Origin: Paraphysomonas bandaiensis | Taxonomy: Eukaryota > Protista > Chrysophyceae | NCBI GenBank assembly: GCA_965644295.1 | Contig: CBFFRP010000323.1 | Coordinates: 1-64,000 of the forward strand | Reading direction: 5' to 3' | Length of the DNA: 64,000 nucleotides | Part shown: piece by piece, positions 38,024 through 51,172 of the stretch | Layout: each line of letters begins with the position of its first letter | Numbering within the stretch: the first letter of the stretch is position 1 | Notes under the pieces: model-generated | The model's input: only the letters and a program-made list of their open reading frames with translations | Told to the model about the DNA's origin: nothing | Databases searched by the model: none | Translations under genes and position numbers: made by a program

Positions 38024-39211
38024 ATTCCCACGGATAACGCAACAGTTCATTTAGAAGTAATAGTAACAATGGATATCATCATCTACAGTTTTCAATGTTT
38101 AGCCATCAGTAGTTCTGGGCCAGAATACCCCTCACCCCATATTTTCCTATGAAAGAAAGACTATCAATGTGGCTGTTAGCGATGCTGATATATCGAATAC
38201 GTCAAAATTTGACATCAGATATCAGACCCACCCATTCTGTGTCACTTGTTATAAGGGTTTCGCTCCTAAAGGCTTAATATGTAATTATCCTTGTTTAACT
38301 GAAAATTTTATTTAGAAATAATGGAAAAAGGATCAGTATGTATTGCTTAATCTTCCCCCGAGTGTCATACAGCTATACTATAAAATCACAAAGTAATTTG
38401 CTGAATTTTGGACTTTATCAATAATCAGCTTATTAAAAGTTTCGATAATCATCCCTCATCATCATTGCCATTCACTATATTGACGTTGACACTACAACCA
38501 ATCAATATTATATGATCTCAGATACACACAATCTTATACAGTCGATGCCCCATTCCAAGAGCGTGCCCTAGTAAAGTGCTAGTGTTGATTAAACTAAGTA
38601 ACGTATAGATTGTTAATAAAATCCCGGTGTTTTCTTTGTGTGTCGGCATCAAGCATGCCCCGGCTAGAGGCTAGATCTACAATATACACTATACTTGCAA
38701 GCCCATATGGGATTACGAGAAACCCCGCGCATTTTAGGGGAGGAGGAAGCTCGGCCAATGCCGCCTATAATGAGTCATGTATGGCCACGAGAAGCTTCGT
38801 GAAATCTTTGTTAGGTAATGGGAAGGTAAACATGGCCCTACTAAAATCTGAACGAATTTAAGTCTTGCATAGCTATGAGAAAGTGAGCACGGGTGGGAGG
38901 CAACAGAATAAGCAAGTGATCTATAGTACAGTTACGGCGATACACGGACAGGCGGGTGGTAGAATCAGCGCAAAATATCGGTGTTATATGTGGTGTCCCA
39001 GCGAGCCTGCACTATGCATGACCACTGTCGGAATGGGGCAGGCGATATATCTCAGTCTCACTTGTTGCGTTTCGCTCATTTGTAAGTAATTAAAAGCTGC
39101 ATTTTAAAGTTTATGAATTATAACTGTTACTTAAAGAATATAGTACTTAAGACAGTGCTTATAGTCACAGGAATGTTGTTAACTTACCTGTACACATATC
39201 AAATGTAGTAC

Positions 39212-40180
39212 TTAACAAAGACGAGTACATACAGGGCAGTTTCTCTTGGCAGAAGGCTGAGAATCATTAGCTCTTATCCTCCGTCTTGCATTCATAAATT
39301 GTTTTACTGCCACAAAATTAGAGCCGTATGACCTATACTGGTCATTAGTTGGTGCCAAAAAAGCACAATCACATTCACGACACCACGTAGCTACACCAGA
39401 TCTGTGTCCTCCACTAAAGTTGTACTGGATGTGCCACAATCCTTTCTCATTTTGAAATACCACCAGTTTATCTACTCTCGATACATTAATTGCTTCAAAG
39501 TTATGTATGATTTCACCGTCTGTTTGTAGAGGAAACATGAGTTCCAGCAAACCATAGTAATTTGCTTCTCGTATCATTTCCTGTAAATGCGCCTCTGACA
39601 GTTCAACAACGAAGTTTTCAGGATCGCGCAAAAAATTTAAAATATGCCTAAAATGCGTCCCATCACGGTCAATAAAGAAATACTTTTCATCATCCAATGG
39701 CAGGGAATGTCTTCCAGAAAACATAGCGCCTATCATTGTGTCAGGGAATCTTCTCAGTGTGGTAAGTGAAGTTGTGTATCGCATTCCGCCAACGTCAATC
39801 TTGATCTGACTTGAAAACGTTTGAATATGTTCCAGCCTCTTTTTCTCTTCATTCCACTGCTCAATCTCCTTCTTCATTTCATCGACCTCTTCTTGTGCGA
39901 CTTCTAATATTTTGATTGCTTTAAATTCGGCATCTTTGGTCGTCTTAGCCGCCTTGGATTCGGCATCTTTGGTCGTATTGGCTGCTTTGGATTCAGCATC
40001 TTTGATTTTTTTTCGTGATTGCTTCTCAGTTTCTTCAATAGTTCGCTCTTGCAGCTCCTTAAAATCAGATATCTCTCTCTTCAGTTTATCTTCTCTTGCT
40101 TTCAACTGAGTGAGAAGATCATCAAGACTCGACTTCAACTGATTAGCAGCATTCTCTGTCACCACATCCATATCTCCCAT
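39212..40180 (-). CDS. Coiled-coil plus KCTD-type BTB/POZ protein, intronless
   Basis: IDVGGMRYTTSLTTLRRFPDTMIGAMFSG, FFIDRDGTHFRHILNFLRD, EANYYGL. Confidence 0.92.
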   Translation of the reverse strand: MGDMDVVTENAANQLKSSLDDLLTQLKAREDKLKREISDFKELQERTIEETEKQSRKKIKDAESKAANTTKDAESKAAKTTKDAEFKAIKILEVAQEEVDEMKKEIEQWNEEKKRLEHIQTFSSQIKIDVGGMRYTTSLTTLRRFPDTMIGAMFSGRHSLPLDDEKYFFIDRDGTHFRHILNFLRDPENFVVELSEAHLQEMIREANYYGLLELMFPLQTDGEIIHNFEAINVSRVDKLVVFQNEKGLWHIQYNFSGGHRSGVATWCRECDCAFLAPTNDQYRSYGSNFVAVKQFMNARRRIRANDSQPSAKRNCPVCTRLC

Positions 40181-41709
40181 TTTAATATGCCAGTATTCTT
40201 CGTAGAGTTGTCTCACGTTAAGTTAGATGCAGTGATGCAAGGTATGAATCTGGGCGATGTTTGTATTCCACGCAGGTCCTTTTTTTGGATTGTTTGGTCC
40301 TTCTAGAGCTACACGACTACGTACTAATATACAGGTACACTGTACAGGTATACCGGTACACGATCGAACCCACAGTATACAGCAGTATACCAGTATATCG
40401 TACTATACAACATGCAATAGTATTTTTCGATTAAAAACTTGGTGTTTTTTGCGGTGGTGTGGGGAAAAAATCAGCGGAAACCTGCGCTGCAAGAGGACAC
40501 AAGAGCAGAGCCCGTATGCATGAGATAACTGGGAATAGAACTGGAGTCACATCACAAGGGAGGGGTACGGACCTCGAGGAAGAAGAACTGTCAGGTGATG
40601 TTGTTGGTGCAGTGTGTTGATCTGGATGTCGTGTGAAGCACAGAGAGGTGAGTCATTCCAAGATGATGATGATGATGGTGAGACTCACTCACACTTATAT
40701 CTGTATTCACGATATAAGATTCTTAAGTAGTCGAAGGCATGAACGCATATGTATGTGTATACGTATGTATCTCTGCGGATGTTCACGAGCTCGAGCAGCC
40801 GATTCATGAGTAACTGCTGAAAACTAACTGTTTAAAGTAGCATCTTGGGGGCTAGAGGAGCAGCTGGTTGTATACCTAAGGCGACATAGTAGCAGAATAA
40901 GAGGTTGGATTTACGTATCGAAGGAAGGTTCTACCTGTTGAGGTATTCTATGAAATGCAATACTGTAAACTTCATAATTAGAAGTCGTGAATACAGTACT
41001 TAATAACAGTAGTGGATGGGAGCACTGAAATGTTGTGAAGTTTATAAGACAATCCGAAATAAAGTGACTGTAATATGTGGTAAATGCTTAATAATATAAA
41101 TTATTACTTGGCTGTACCACCGTGACCCATGCATGATTACACAGAACCCAGCCTATTCTGGGGAGAGGGGGACTCAATGTCTTACTCGGTCTGTACGTAT
41201 ATACTTTCCTTTTCGGGATCCATACGTGTACACGCTCTATATGAGCAGTTGAGATGGCTGAGGGGTACAAGGGACAATTTCTAGTGCATTGTCAGCATCA
41301 TCATAAACACTTTTATGTCGCTATAATACTCTCAACTTAGATTGTACTCAATATTAATAAAAGAGACTGTTAAACTCCTTTTTGCACACTCAAGTGTAGA
41401 AGAAGTATAGTAGTATTCAAATGGTTTGTGCATACTGTGAGGTTGGTATCTGAGGCACCATTCCAAACTTCCACATCATCCATCTCTTTTTGACCAGCAA
41501 TCACGCAATCACCAGATATATCTTTGTACACCATCTTGTATCTGTATTTCATAGTTAGGAGCTCATGTTAAGCGTACTCACTCCTACTGTAGCCTTGATA
41601 TGTACTGACAAATATGTAGTTGTTGTTGACAAATAAGCTGATATTTTACTCTTTCGGAGACAGAAGCTGTTCACTACCAGCTCGTTCGTTTATTTTGGGT
41701 TCCTCAAAG

Positions 41710-41981
41710 TTCAGAATTTTGAAACTTCAGACATAACTTTTAGTCATTTGTATGGGATATCAAATTAATCCTACCATGATACAGAGTATCTAAAAATCGA
41801 TTATTTATTATAGGTGTAAATATTATGATATAATAGTACTCTGCACTCACTGAAATTTAATTTTATCGGCTCAGGTTACTATAATAAGTAATTGAGTTTA
41901 GATATAATATATCATGGTAGGATTGATTCGATATCCTATAAAAATGACAAAATGTTTAGTCTGAACTTTCAAAATTCTGAA
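41710..41981. repeat. Long imperfect inverted repeat (MITE/foldback-like), arms about 85 bp
   Basis: TTCAGAATTTTGAAA...AATCCTACCATGATA versus TATCATGGTAGGATT...TTTCAAAATTCTGAA. Confidence 0.8.
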
Positions 41982-42299
41982 GTTCATAAAAAAATGATGA
42001 AAATAGATTAGATCAGATCAATGAGTGCAGAGTTCGTTTATATGATTCACATGACGTCATTATTTTACTGAGGTGAGTTCATAACACTTTATTTAGACCA
42101 TAATAGATGGAAGAACATATATATTTACCCCTGCTTATGTTTAGTGACGTTGTTGTTGAGAGTTTCCTCACTAATCTTTGGTGATACCTCGAAGGGTACG
42201 TGCATTCTGATAACAAGTAGGTACTGATATGCAACGTCACCGATGATGGCTCAGGGTAAGTAGTCTTTGTTTGGCAATGCACTGAGTGTTTCAAGTGAT

Positions 42300-42465
42300 A
42301 GTAAATGTCTTATATTATATCTTATAGTAGCAATAATAGGCGTTTAAGTATCAGAACTAATCTAGCATTGTAGTTTAACTAAATAGTGCTTAATTCTGGT
42401 GTCCTACTATTTTAACGATACGAAATCTTCTTGTGCGTCATTGCAAGCATCAAGGTGCAACCATA
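42300..42465 (+). repeat. Solo terminal modules of the modular repeat family
   Basis: AATAGGCGTTTAA...CTAGCATT...TCCTACTATT...CTTGTGCGTCA...GGTGCAACCA, as at 7000-7125 and 8285-8375. Confidence 0.75.
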
Positions 42466-43225
42466 TATTGCCGTTAGGATTCTAGAATATTGCAGTGCAT
42501 AGTACATACTATATATATATCGTAGGTATTCTAGTATTAAGTAAAACTCAACAAAGTGATGTATACTGTATACTATGGTATATATATAGCAACTAGCAAC
42601 TGATTAAAGGTCAATGATGAACAACATCTGACGACAGCAGAAAATGATCTGGATAATATGTATAGTTTGACATGATGATAGCTTATGTTATATGAATATA
42701 CATAAAGATAGTGCTAAATTATTATAATCTGTTAAATCAGTTATCGTGAGTTGACTCAGTTCATAATGTCAAAACACTAAACAAAGTCAATATCTTACAG
42801 TGAGCTCAATGACTAAATGGAATATGACTACCGATTAATGATACTTATAAGATGTTGTAATAATGGTATTGTTGGAATGGTTAGAAAAATATTGCAATGT
42901 TATTGACAGGCGCAACCTTCTAACAATACTATTGCAATATAGTGCTTATCAGCCCTCTGGAGTAAAACTATAACACAATCGATTTTCACAACATAATTCT
43001 GAATGTATTTGCAAATGAGAAAATAAAATAATTACCCACATTACACATGCCACATTACAGTTAGTCGCATATTATTTTATAAAATCACATATGACAAATG
43101 TTTATATAGAATCTGTTTTTAGAATCATAACTGAAGACTGACAAACACGACCGCGTCACACACATAATATTGACACCGTCAACTGATAGGGATGAAATGA
43201 GACAATTCTTGCGATACCAGAAGCT

Positions 43226-45934
43226 TCATACAAGCTCAACACCATTAGCATTAACTTGCTTTTCAGAGTTACTTTCGGAACCCTCGAGTGGCTTATAGTT
43301 ATCACTTGGAGTGTCCCGTCCCGTAGGAGGAGCTGTTTGATCATGTTTGGGTGTACTGTCTACTGGAATGATTTTAGTCCGCGCACTATTGACTTCAGGT
43401 GTCACCATACGAAAACACTTAACAAAGGGGCGTAGTACCATAATTACACACGCAAAGTATTTGTAATACGGCTCAAGTCGTCGTTTCCATACTTTTCCCG
43501 CCTCGGTGCCATTAGAAGCCCATAAGTTGCCAATGGGGGCAACAATGTAGTAAGTCACAAAGAGAGCCACGAACATTGCTATCGGAAACCTTTTTTCCGG
43601 ATGGTGACCACAAGTCTCCAAGTAAGAATCATCACTCTCAGTGCGGAAGTGAGTCAACAGGCACGTAATCCACTCAATAGCAGACTCATTGTTTTCTACT
43701 CGCTTCTCTATAAAATAGATGGGACGCATTACAAAAATCAGGACGGGAAGTACTCCGACAAACAAAAATACTCCAATGAACATTGTCCGATACGACTTCC
43801 ATAGCTTTGAGAAAGACCCTGATACTGCAAGAGACACCTTAATCGTAGTAAAGACCACAGCAGCCGTTAGAATCGTAGCTACAGAATAAATAATCACACT
43901 AGGAATGTTACGAACGTTGAATAATTCGACGATACTTTGAGAATCCCAAGAGCAGTAGAGCTGAAAGTTAGTCCTTCCCACCATATCCGCACTCTGGGGG
44001 TATAGGATTTGGAAGAGCGTTAGAAATAACATCACAGCCCCAAACCCATAGACATAGATGTAGCGATATTTCTTCACACTTTTCGCCTCAAGAATCACAC
44101 GGCACCATAATTCTGATGCCATCGCAAAGAACATGAAGTAAATAAAGTTGTCATAGAAAGCAAAATATATGGCCGAAAATGCACAGGAAAAGTCAAGTGG
44201 AGTGTCTCCAGCGTCTTCTATGGATCGGCTCTGATTGTTATCCTTGCATACAATCTCAAAGTCTTTCCTACCAGTCAAAATTAAACAGAACAGCACTGTG
44301 GTTGGCCACATAGCCCATAATATCGCAACTAGGAATGGATTTCTTTTATTCGGAGAAGTAAGAAAGTAGAGGTTATAGAGAGCCAATGAGAGTGTGACTA
44401 AGGAAAACCATTGCGTTGTGATCAGAAAATTATAGAGCATGTCAGATTCCTCATATGTGAATGCCCGGAATGGACAGGAGGACACACACCCGAAACCTAT
44501 AGTTGTTATGTTAAAAGGAATTATAAAAATGTAGTGCAAGCATACAATACAAATAATCATTGTAAAATAGAGATGTATATACACTTCATAGTAGTATCAC
44601 TACTTAATATAGTGCATAGGTTTCAAAGCAAGTGTAACATACCATGCAGCCATTGCACCCTGTTTCCGTTGGGATCATCAGGAACTACAAACGCATACGG
44701 GCATTCGGTTTTACCCTGAAAGGTAGTATTCATCATGTAATTCGGATCCGTTTCGAGTAACACTGGCCCCCATCCTAATTAAATTAATTAGATTCATATG
44801 TTGTTTTATAGTATATATTATACATTACACGTACCGAGATCAACCGCAGCAATTGTCTGTGTGTCATTCGGAAACAACGCCAAATTCCCAGCAGTGGCAG
44901 AACAATCCATTCCAAACTCAGGCACAATATCCAGGAAATCAGCACAGGTATCTAAAAACGTTGTGCATATTGATAGATGTGGAAATGAAGGGAAAACGAG
45001 TGGTCCGAATAAAAACGATAATGCGAATGACTCTTGCGGAGCTGGATACATTAATCCACAAGCCATTTTTCTAAAATCGGTTTGACAATCATCTTTCGTC
45101 ATTAAAGGGAAGTTAGATATCCATTCAATAGCACCATATTCCACCATAGACTGTGCCACATAAGGTGGCAAGTATGGTGGTAGATTGGGATCAATACTGG
45201 ATGGTGACGGCGTCGCAATGTCATCGGTCACACCTTGACAAATATTGCCAATGTATGGTTCTGCAGATTCTGCCACAAGGAGAGTATTCTATATAAAACA
45301 TATGAATTAGAATATTCATAGATAATATGTCATATCACTCTGATGATATATAATATAAAGACAAAAGAGAGTACTATCTACCTCTGTGTACGCCATGGCA
45401 TTGCATTGATCAGGGTCATTCGAAGAGTCAAACAATTCGCTTGAACAATTCATAGCAGTTCCAAGATTCTCCATCCACCCAGCACATGAAGATCCCAAAT
45501 AAGTAGTGGAGTCGCAGAGTGAACGACAAGGACGCTGGTAGGGTAGTTCATCATCGCTTTCTAGATAGTCAACAAATCACACTTCACAGGCAGTACCAGA
45601 TATAAGCATACCTGTTGATACAGTGGGCTGATAGACAACAGCACAAACGAGACGCTTCATGTCAGACTTGCAGTCTGCCCCCAGAAAGGCCCACGAAGGG
45701 CTCATCATAGATATGGCCAACGCATTCAACTCATCTGAACGTATATACACATTAGCGTATACATGAAACCATAAGAAAGCGACCTGCTGATGAGCCTTCC
45801 GGAACAAAGAAATCATAATCGACAACACCCGAGCAGAGTGTGTATGGATTATAAGCATCTGGCAGCGTCTCAGACGAGACAGTGGCGATAAACCCCACCA
45901 CAGAAGAGAAAACGAGAGAGGCGATACGAGTCAT
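43226..45934 (-). CDS. Frizzled/Smoothened-like 7TM receptor with two cysteine-rich (FZ) domains
   Basis: Signal peptide; CRD1 CKSDMKRLVCAVVYQP...RPCRSLC; CRD2 CQTDFRKMACGLMYP...ICTTFLDTC; CP...C...CP linker; seven hydrophobic segments with a Cys-containing last extracellular loop (WITC...TC). Confidence 0.82.
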
Positions 45935-46074
45935 TATGATGTCGGATGAAATTATGATTGCTAACGGATGACATTCTAGCTAACACAGACATGGCCCCTG
46001 CCCTGAATCTCTGCCCTTGCCTCTGCCTCTGCCTTCGGTGTCATGTGAGTGGATTGAGGGACGGATATGATACA

Positions 46075-46120
46075 CATACATATACATACATACATACATA
46101 CATACATACATACATACGTA
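46075..46120. repeat. Short (TACA)n microsatellite in a divergent promoter
   Basis: About 10 TACA units, the same motif as 11317-12894. Confidence 0.9.
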
Positions 46121-46467
46121 CACACTGCTGTAGACAGACCTCTAGACATACCACTGTATACCATAGAATACAGCAGTATACCGGTAGAGAGATGGAGGGC
46201 ATCAACAGAGGTCTCTATTCAAAATACCTGGAATACTTTGGAATACCGCCTGCTCGAAATACAGTGGGAAGGAGAAGAAGAATACATACTGTATTTACAG
46301 TATACTGTGCGTTCGTTTCATTGTCTGTATGGGCATACCAGCGCAGTGTACTCCTGTACCTCTATAGCATATGCAGCCAACAGCATGCTGTGGTACACTC
46401 AGACAGAGCAGCAGTCATGATTATACTCATTCACTGAACAACAGCTAGAACACTAATTTGTATTCAT

Positions 46468-46782
46468 ATGGAATCTTCTGAGGCTACTTTCCAGAGACTG
46501 AAGCAAGACACAGGGATTGATTTCAATGCCCTGCGAGAGAAATACAAGAATATGCCCCGTGAGTGTGAAGAGAATAATGGACAAGACAACTCACAGGAGA
46601 GCGAAGTGAATCGAAACAGAGATGCCTTAAAACAGCTGGACAAATATAAGGTGTGTAAAACCTGTCACGGACTTGGAACAGTGACAGAGGTGTACAATCA
46701 TTTTAACATTGAAACTAACTGTCCGGATTGTGATGGCGAGTGCATCATGCATCAGGAGATCCCTACACTAAATGCCCCGTAA
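46468..46782 (+). CDS. Small protein with a DnaJ-type zinc finger
   Basis: CKTCHGLG and CPDCDGE; 104 aa, no J domain. Confidence 0.75.
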   Translation: MESSEATFQRLKQDTGIDFNALREKYKNMPRECEENNGQDNSQESEVNRNRDALKQLDKYKVCKTCHGLGTVTEVYNHFNIETNCPDCDGECIMHQEIPTLNAP

Positions 46783-48281
46783 TTCCGTTGGCTTAATATA
46801 GTAGTCTGTAAATAGCTAAATAGAGTTTTTTATGTCAACCCCAATGACCTGACATTCGATTCTTGCGATGAATCATTTTCAAGTATGAAAACTTAAAATT
46901 AATATTTCTTATAGAGAAAATATTCAATCCAGTTTCTGAAGAATAAATATGAGGAATTTTTTCTATACAAACTTGTTCAACGCAAATGCCACTTTTGATA
47001 TAATTAACCACACAGTGTTAGCAGGATAGACTAGACAATACGACAACACAATACCTCGACTAGTAGTTGATAAAGGAGTCAGCTTTCGCTGGTTAAAGCC
47101 TGCGATTTAGCATTACGAACTAACAGTTTAAGAAGGAGACTTTAAAGTACACAATGTGAATTCACTTTGCTGTACATAGAAAATAAATGATTGCGTATGG
47201 CTGATAATGGGCCACTTGCGAAATTCTAATCAATGAAATTTATATTGTTTCAAATCAAGAAGGCAGCAAGTCAGTTGTGCGTTCATTTAACCAACTAAAC
47301 TCCAAAAAAGTAATGAATTTTGGAGGAAGTGTGGTACTTTGTATTTATTATTACTGATATAAAACATGATTAATGAACTAAGAAAAATCTATATTAGTGG
47401 GTTTAAAACTTGATTGCTACTGATGTAAAGGATTTTGAAGTCGTGAACATGTGAGCCCTTTACAGAAATAATAACGGCTATGAATAATATCTGCACTTTA
47501 AAAGGTCCATGCAGAGTCGTGTATTGCTATTCTAATTCATTATGATCGATGTAAGCTGATATCAATTCTAATGCCTCAGAGATAGTCACCAGTACATAAC
47601 CTAAGAGTTAATAATCTCACCAGTGTAGAGCATGAGGATGACAAGCATTTGTAGCATTAGTTACAAGTTGCACTCATACAGATCTCAGATGGACCATCCC
47701 TCCTTTAATATCATCGAGTGGGATATGTCAGTGTGGTGTCCGATCAGAGTAGATTACATCTATTCACTTCTGATCACTCATGTTATCTGTTGGATAGAAC
47801 CCATACGTCTAGTATTGCAGAGCCCAGTTGTGCCCTCCGGGATAGCATCAGCTGGTCGCTAGATACGCTGGACACTTCTGTCCTTATCTTCTAGACGTGA
47901 ACCCACTGGGAGTGAAGGAGATGCTGATGTATATATTACTGTATTCTCTGTAGTCAAGGGCATGCTGTGCACCTGTCTAGCGGATATCTGTCCGGCTCCC
48001 GTAGCCGTAAACGTGAAAACTGAAAACCGTTGCAAATATCTCATCCACTCGTGCATACTAACATACGCACATCTTCATGTGATGAATACACGAGAACACC
48101 ATCCGACTCTTCCGACATGAATCGCCAGCGAATTTCATACTCTCTACACCCGCTAATAGCAACCACTGGAGTGCTTCTAAGATAATAGCATTGGAGTCCA
48201 TTCCTTACAGTTGATTCTATAGTGCTGTCTTGCTCTGTAAACTGATCTGTCTGTTCGTTTCTAATTAACGTTAGCATTGAG

Positions 48282-48584
48282 ATGAGTGCCAATCAAAAAG
48301 TTGTTGTACCATTAGATCCAGGTGCGTCTAAGAGGCATCTTGTAACAACTCAAAGGTCTGGGACTGTAATGCCGGCTGAGCATAAGAAAAAACACAATAA
48401 GACAAAAAAATCAATTGGCGACTTTTTTAATTGTTTCTCTTCTGCCAAAGAAAAGAATGTGAACAATGACCGGACAAAGTCAACGAATACAACTGATTTA
48501 GGGGTAGTAAAGGAAGATAAAGGCGAAGATAATGACAAACAACAGAAAACTAGCACTGTGGGTGCACGACCTCCTACTGCATAG
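48282..48584 (+). CDS. Hypothetical small hydrophilic protein
   Basis: ATG-initiated 100-aa ORF, Lys/Thr/Asp-rich, with a central FFNCFS patch; no recognisable domain. Confidence 0.35.
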   Translation: MSANQKVVVPLDPGASKRHLVTTQRSGTVMPAEHKKKHNKTKKSIGDFFNCFSSAKEKNVNNDRTKSTNTTDLGVVKEDKGEDNDKQQKTSTVGARPPTA

Positions 48585-49014
48585 TTTACTCATATGAGTT
48601 ACTAAATACTTTGTCTGGATCACAATATTCATATTATCTCCTGATTTGTCGTCTTATACTCTTTTTGTTTCCAATCAGCCATATGATATATAAGACGGAG
48701 TTGTGTTATATAGGCATTAGGTATGTTGTCTGTTGTGTGATAATAATTTATAGCTGTGTATGTCCTTCCTATAGAGACAAATATAAGTTATCATTGCATA
48801 CGCTAGGTATGTAGCAATTCAGGTGAACATATTTCTTAGCAGCGCACGAAACATTAGGCTTCAAAATATGTACTATTAGAGCAATGTAACTTAAAATTAG
48901 TACCTCTGCATTGATAATCTGATGGCTTAACGACGACAGCAACATCCTAACGTCACACTGATACTTTTATATACTCTACGCTTACGACATACACCGCTAC
49001 TACATCTACTAGCA

Positions 49015-49470
49015 ACTTACCCTCGACAAAGTCGACTCCCACCGTTTCGTGGTGCTCTGGGGGATAAGTACCGGAGATATTTCTCCGGGAAGCTAACACG
49101 CATATATCATATATAGTCGGCAGGTATTGCTCTGCCCACTCATAGTCAAATGATTGTGTGGTACAAGGGACACTAAAAAGTGTCACTTGTGTAGAAGTCT
49201 TTGGGACTTCACGAACAAACAGGCATCCGGGAATGGGCCCACCTCAAGAGCATCCGGGGTATAGGGTATAGGGGTGCCTACTGGCCTACTGAAGTCAAGC
49301 ATCTGGACTACTTCACCTTAATGACAGAGAGGGGAAGTGGTTGCACCTTGGTGCTTGCGGTGACGCACAAGTAGCTTTCGTAGCGCAAAATAGTAGGATA
49401 TCAGAGATTAGCTCTAGTCAAATTGTTTCGCTACACTAGTTCTGACACTTACACGCCTATTGCTAATAAA
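49015..49470 (-). repeat. Copy of the modular repeat family
   Basis: Reverse complement of 7967-8287, plus the terminal modules seen at 8290-8375 and 7005-7035. Confidence 0.85.
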
Positions 49471-51172
49471 CATTCACCACTACTAGCAACTTACACAACA
49501 CACACATAATACATTCACTGATTCACTGCTATTGGCTAATATTTTCATATTCCATAGTACTTCATATTTCATTCGGTTGTACAACTATACATACTACATA
49601 CTACATACTATATACACGTATCTACTGTGTTAACTATTACTACATACGTTTGTTATGTATAAATGAAACGGAAAACATACGACATTGAACTGTCGTACTT
49701 CAACTGCAAAAAAACACGTTATACTTTAAAATTTATAATTTATAATTTATAATTTATAGGAGTTATAGTGAATTTGTTTTCTGAGTGCGATATATATGAA
49801 GATAAAACAGGAAATTTTATTATTTTGTGTGTGTTGTTGTTCTAGCATCATTAGTTTTCAATGTAGTGAGCAGAACATTCGCCCCTAAACAATATTTAGT
49901 TTCCTAGCACTGCGTAATTACAGAGAATCTATGGATATAAAGGTGGGAAATATCTCCGGTACTAATCACCCAAAGAACCACAAAAAGGTGCGAGAAATAT
50001 TTCAGGTACTTATCCCTCAGACCACCACGACATTGTTGAGGGAATATCAATCCTAACACTTCACAAACTATATACCTTGTATATATAATATACATATCGA
50101 CATCAGTAACTGAGTTCACTATATGGTATATGGGTGTATTTTGAGATGGTATGGTGGTGTTTTTAGTGAGATGGTATAGTGGTGTATAGTGAGATGGTTA
50201 TAGTCCATACTTGTGAACTGTATATGTAATATATATGTGTAGTCGGTGACTCTTATAGCTGTAAAACTGAAGTAATATGGAAGATTATTAGTAAAAAATA
50301 TTATAAATAATACATTTCACACTGTTATTATCTTCATAGTTAGTTATTGTGAATAGTTATACCCTTTTCCAACCATCATCAAAAATTTCACCAGGTTTTA
50401 CATCAAAAACCAGGTTTTGGTATTATTACCTCGACTTTATGGTTGCGACTGAGCTCAACTTTTCCTACTATGAGTTGACTTCAATTATTGCACACTATTA
50501 ACTCTCTTAAATTGCATAACATTGTCTCTTCATATTGAACTACAACCAACTCCTACGTGCGTACTTGAAGTTTGGTAAAGCCAATCGCTAGTAGTTATCC
50601 TGTATTCTATGTAGCAATTAAATACAGAATATACATGACTACACTATAGGAGTAGCTATTACAAGTATACAAAGAAACTGAAAATATAGTAGCGGTTAAA
50701 GATACGATTTGTAGATTTGTAGAACAGAATGTTGATGTCGGTGAATGACGTGGTTCCTAACTCACAGTGCTACAACATCAAAATTTCACTATATCTCCTA
50801 TAATATCAATCAGTCAATGTTGCACTAACTATAAGCTTAAGTTAATACTTCAAGATTGTGTGTTCTCGTCTAGAAATGTTTACCACAGTCCCTAAGTACG
50901 AAGTACATATCACGGAACTGATCAAATGAGAATTTAAGCACTAAAATAAAGTCAATACAATGTCTACGTATTATTACGACGCTATAAACCAGATGGCACC
51001 GTTCTTCAAATATATTCATATTAGCAATCTCTAGCGGCATTGAGGCCAAATGCAAAAAACTATAAAACATTGAATATTCACACTTAAACCAGTAGCAAAA
51101 ATGTGTCTCTAAGACCCAGAAGTTATCGCATATCTAGAATTATGTACGAGCCCCGCCGTTTCAGTTACTACC

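Noticed and set aside
38590-39100. GC-richer patch between TRM10 and BTB as a gene
   Set aside because: Only short ORFs with non-ATG starts or stops and no recognisable motif; at best a decayed fragment.
47632-48292. Short ORFs upstream of the 48282 ORF
   Set aside because: No recognisable domain and no consistent exon chain could be built by eye.
50140-50205. Three GAGATGGT-containing repeats as a CRISPR-like array
   Set aside because: Simple degenerate tandem repeat without unique spacers, in a eukaryotic context.
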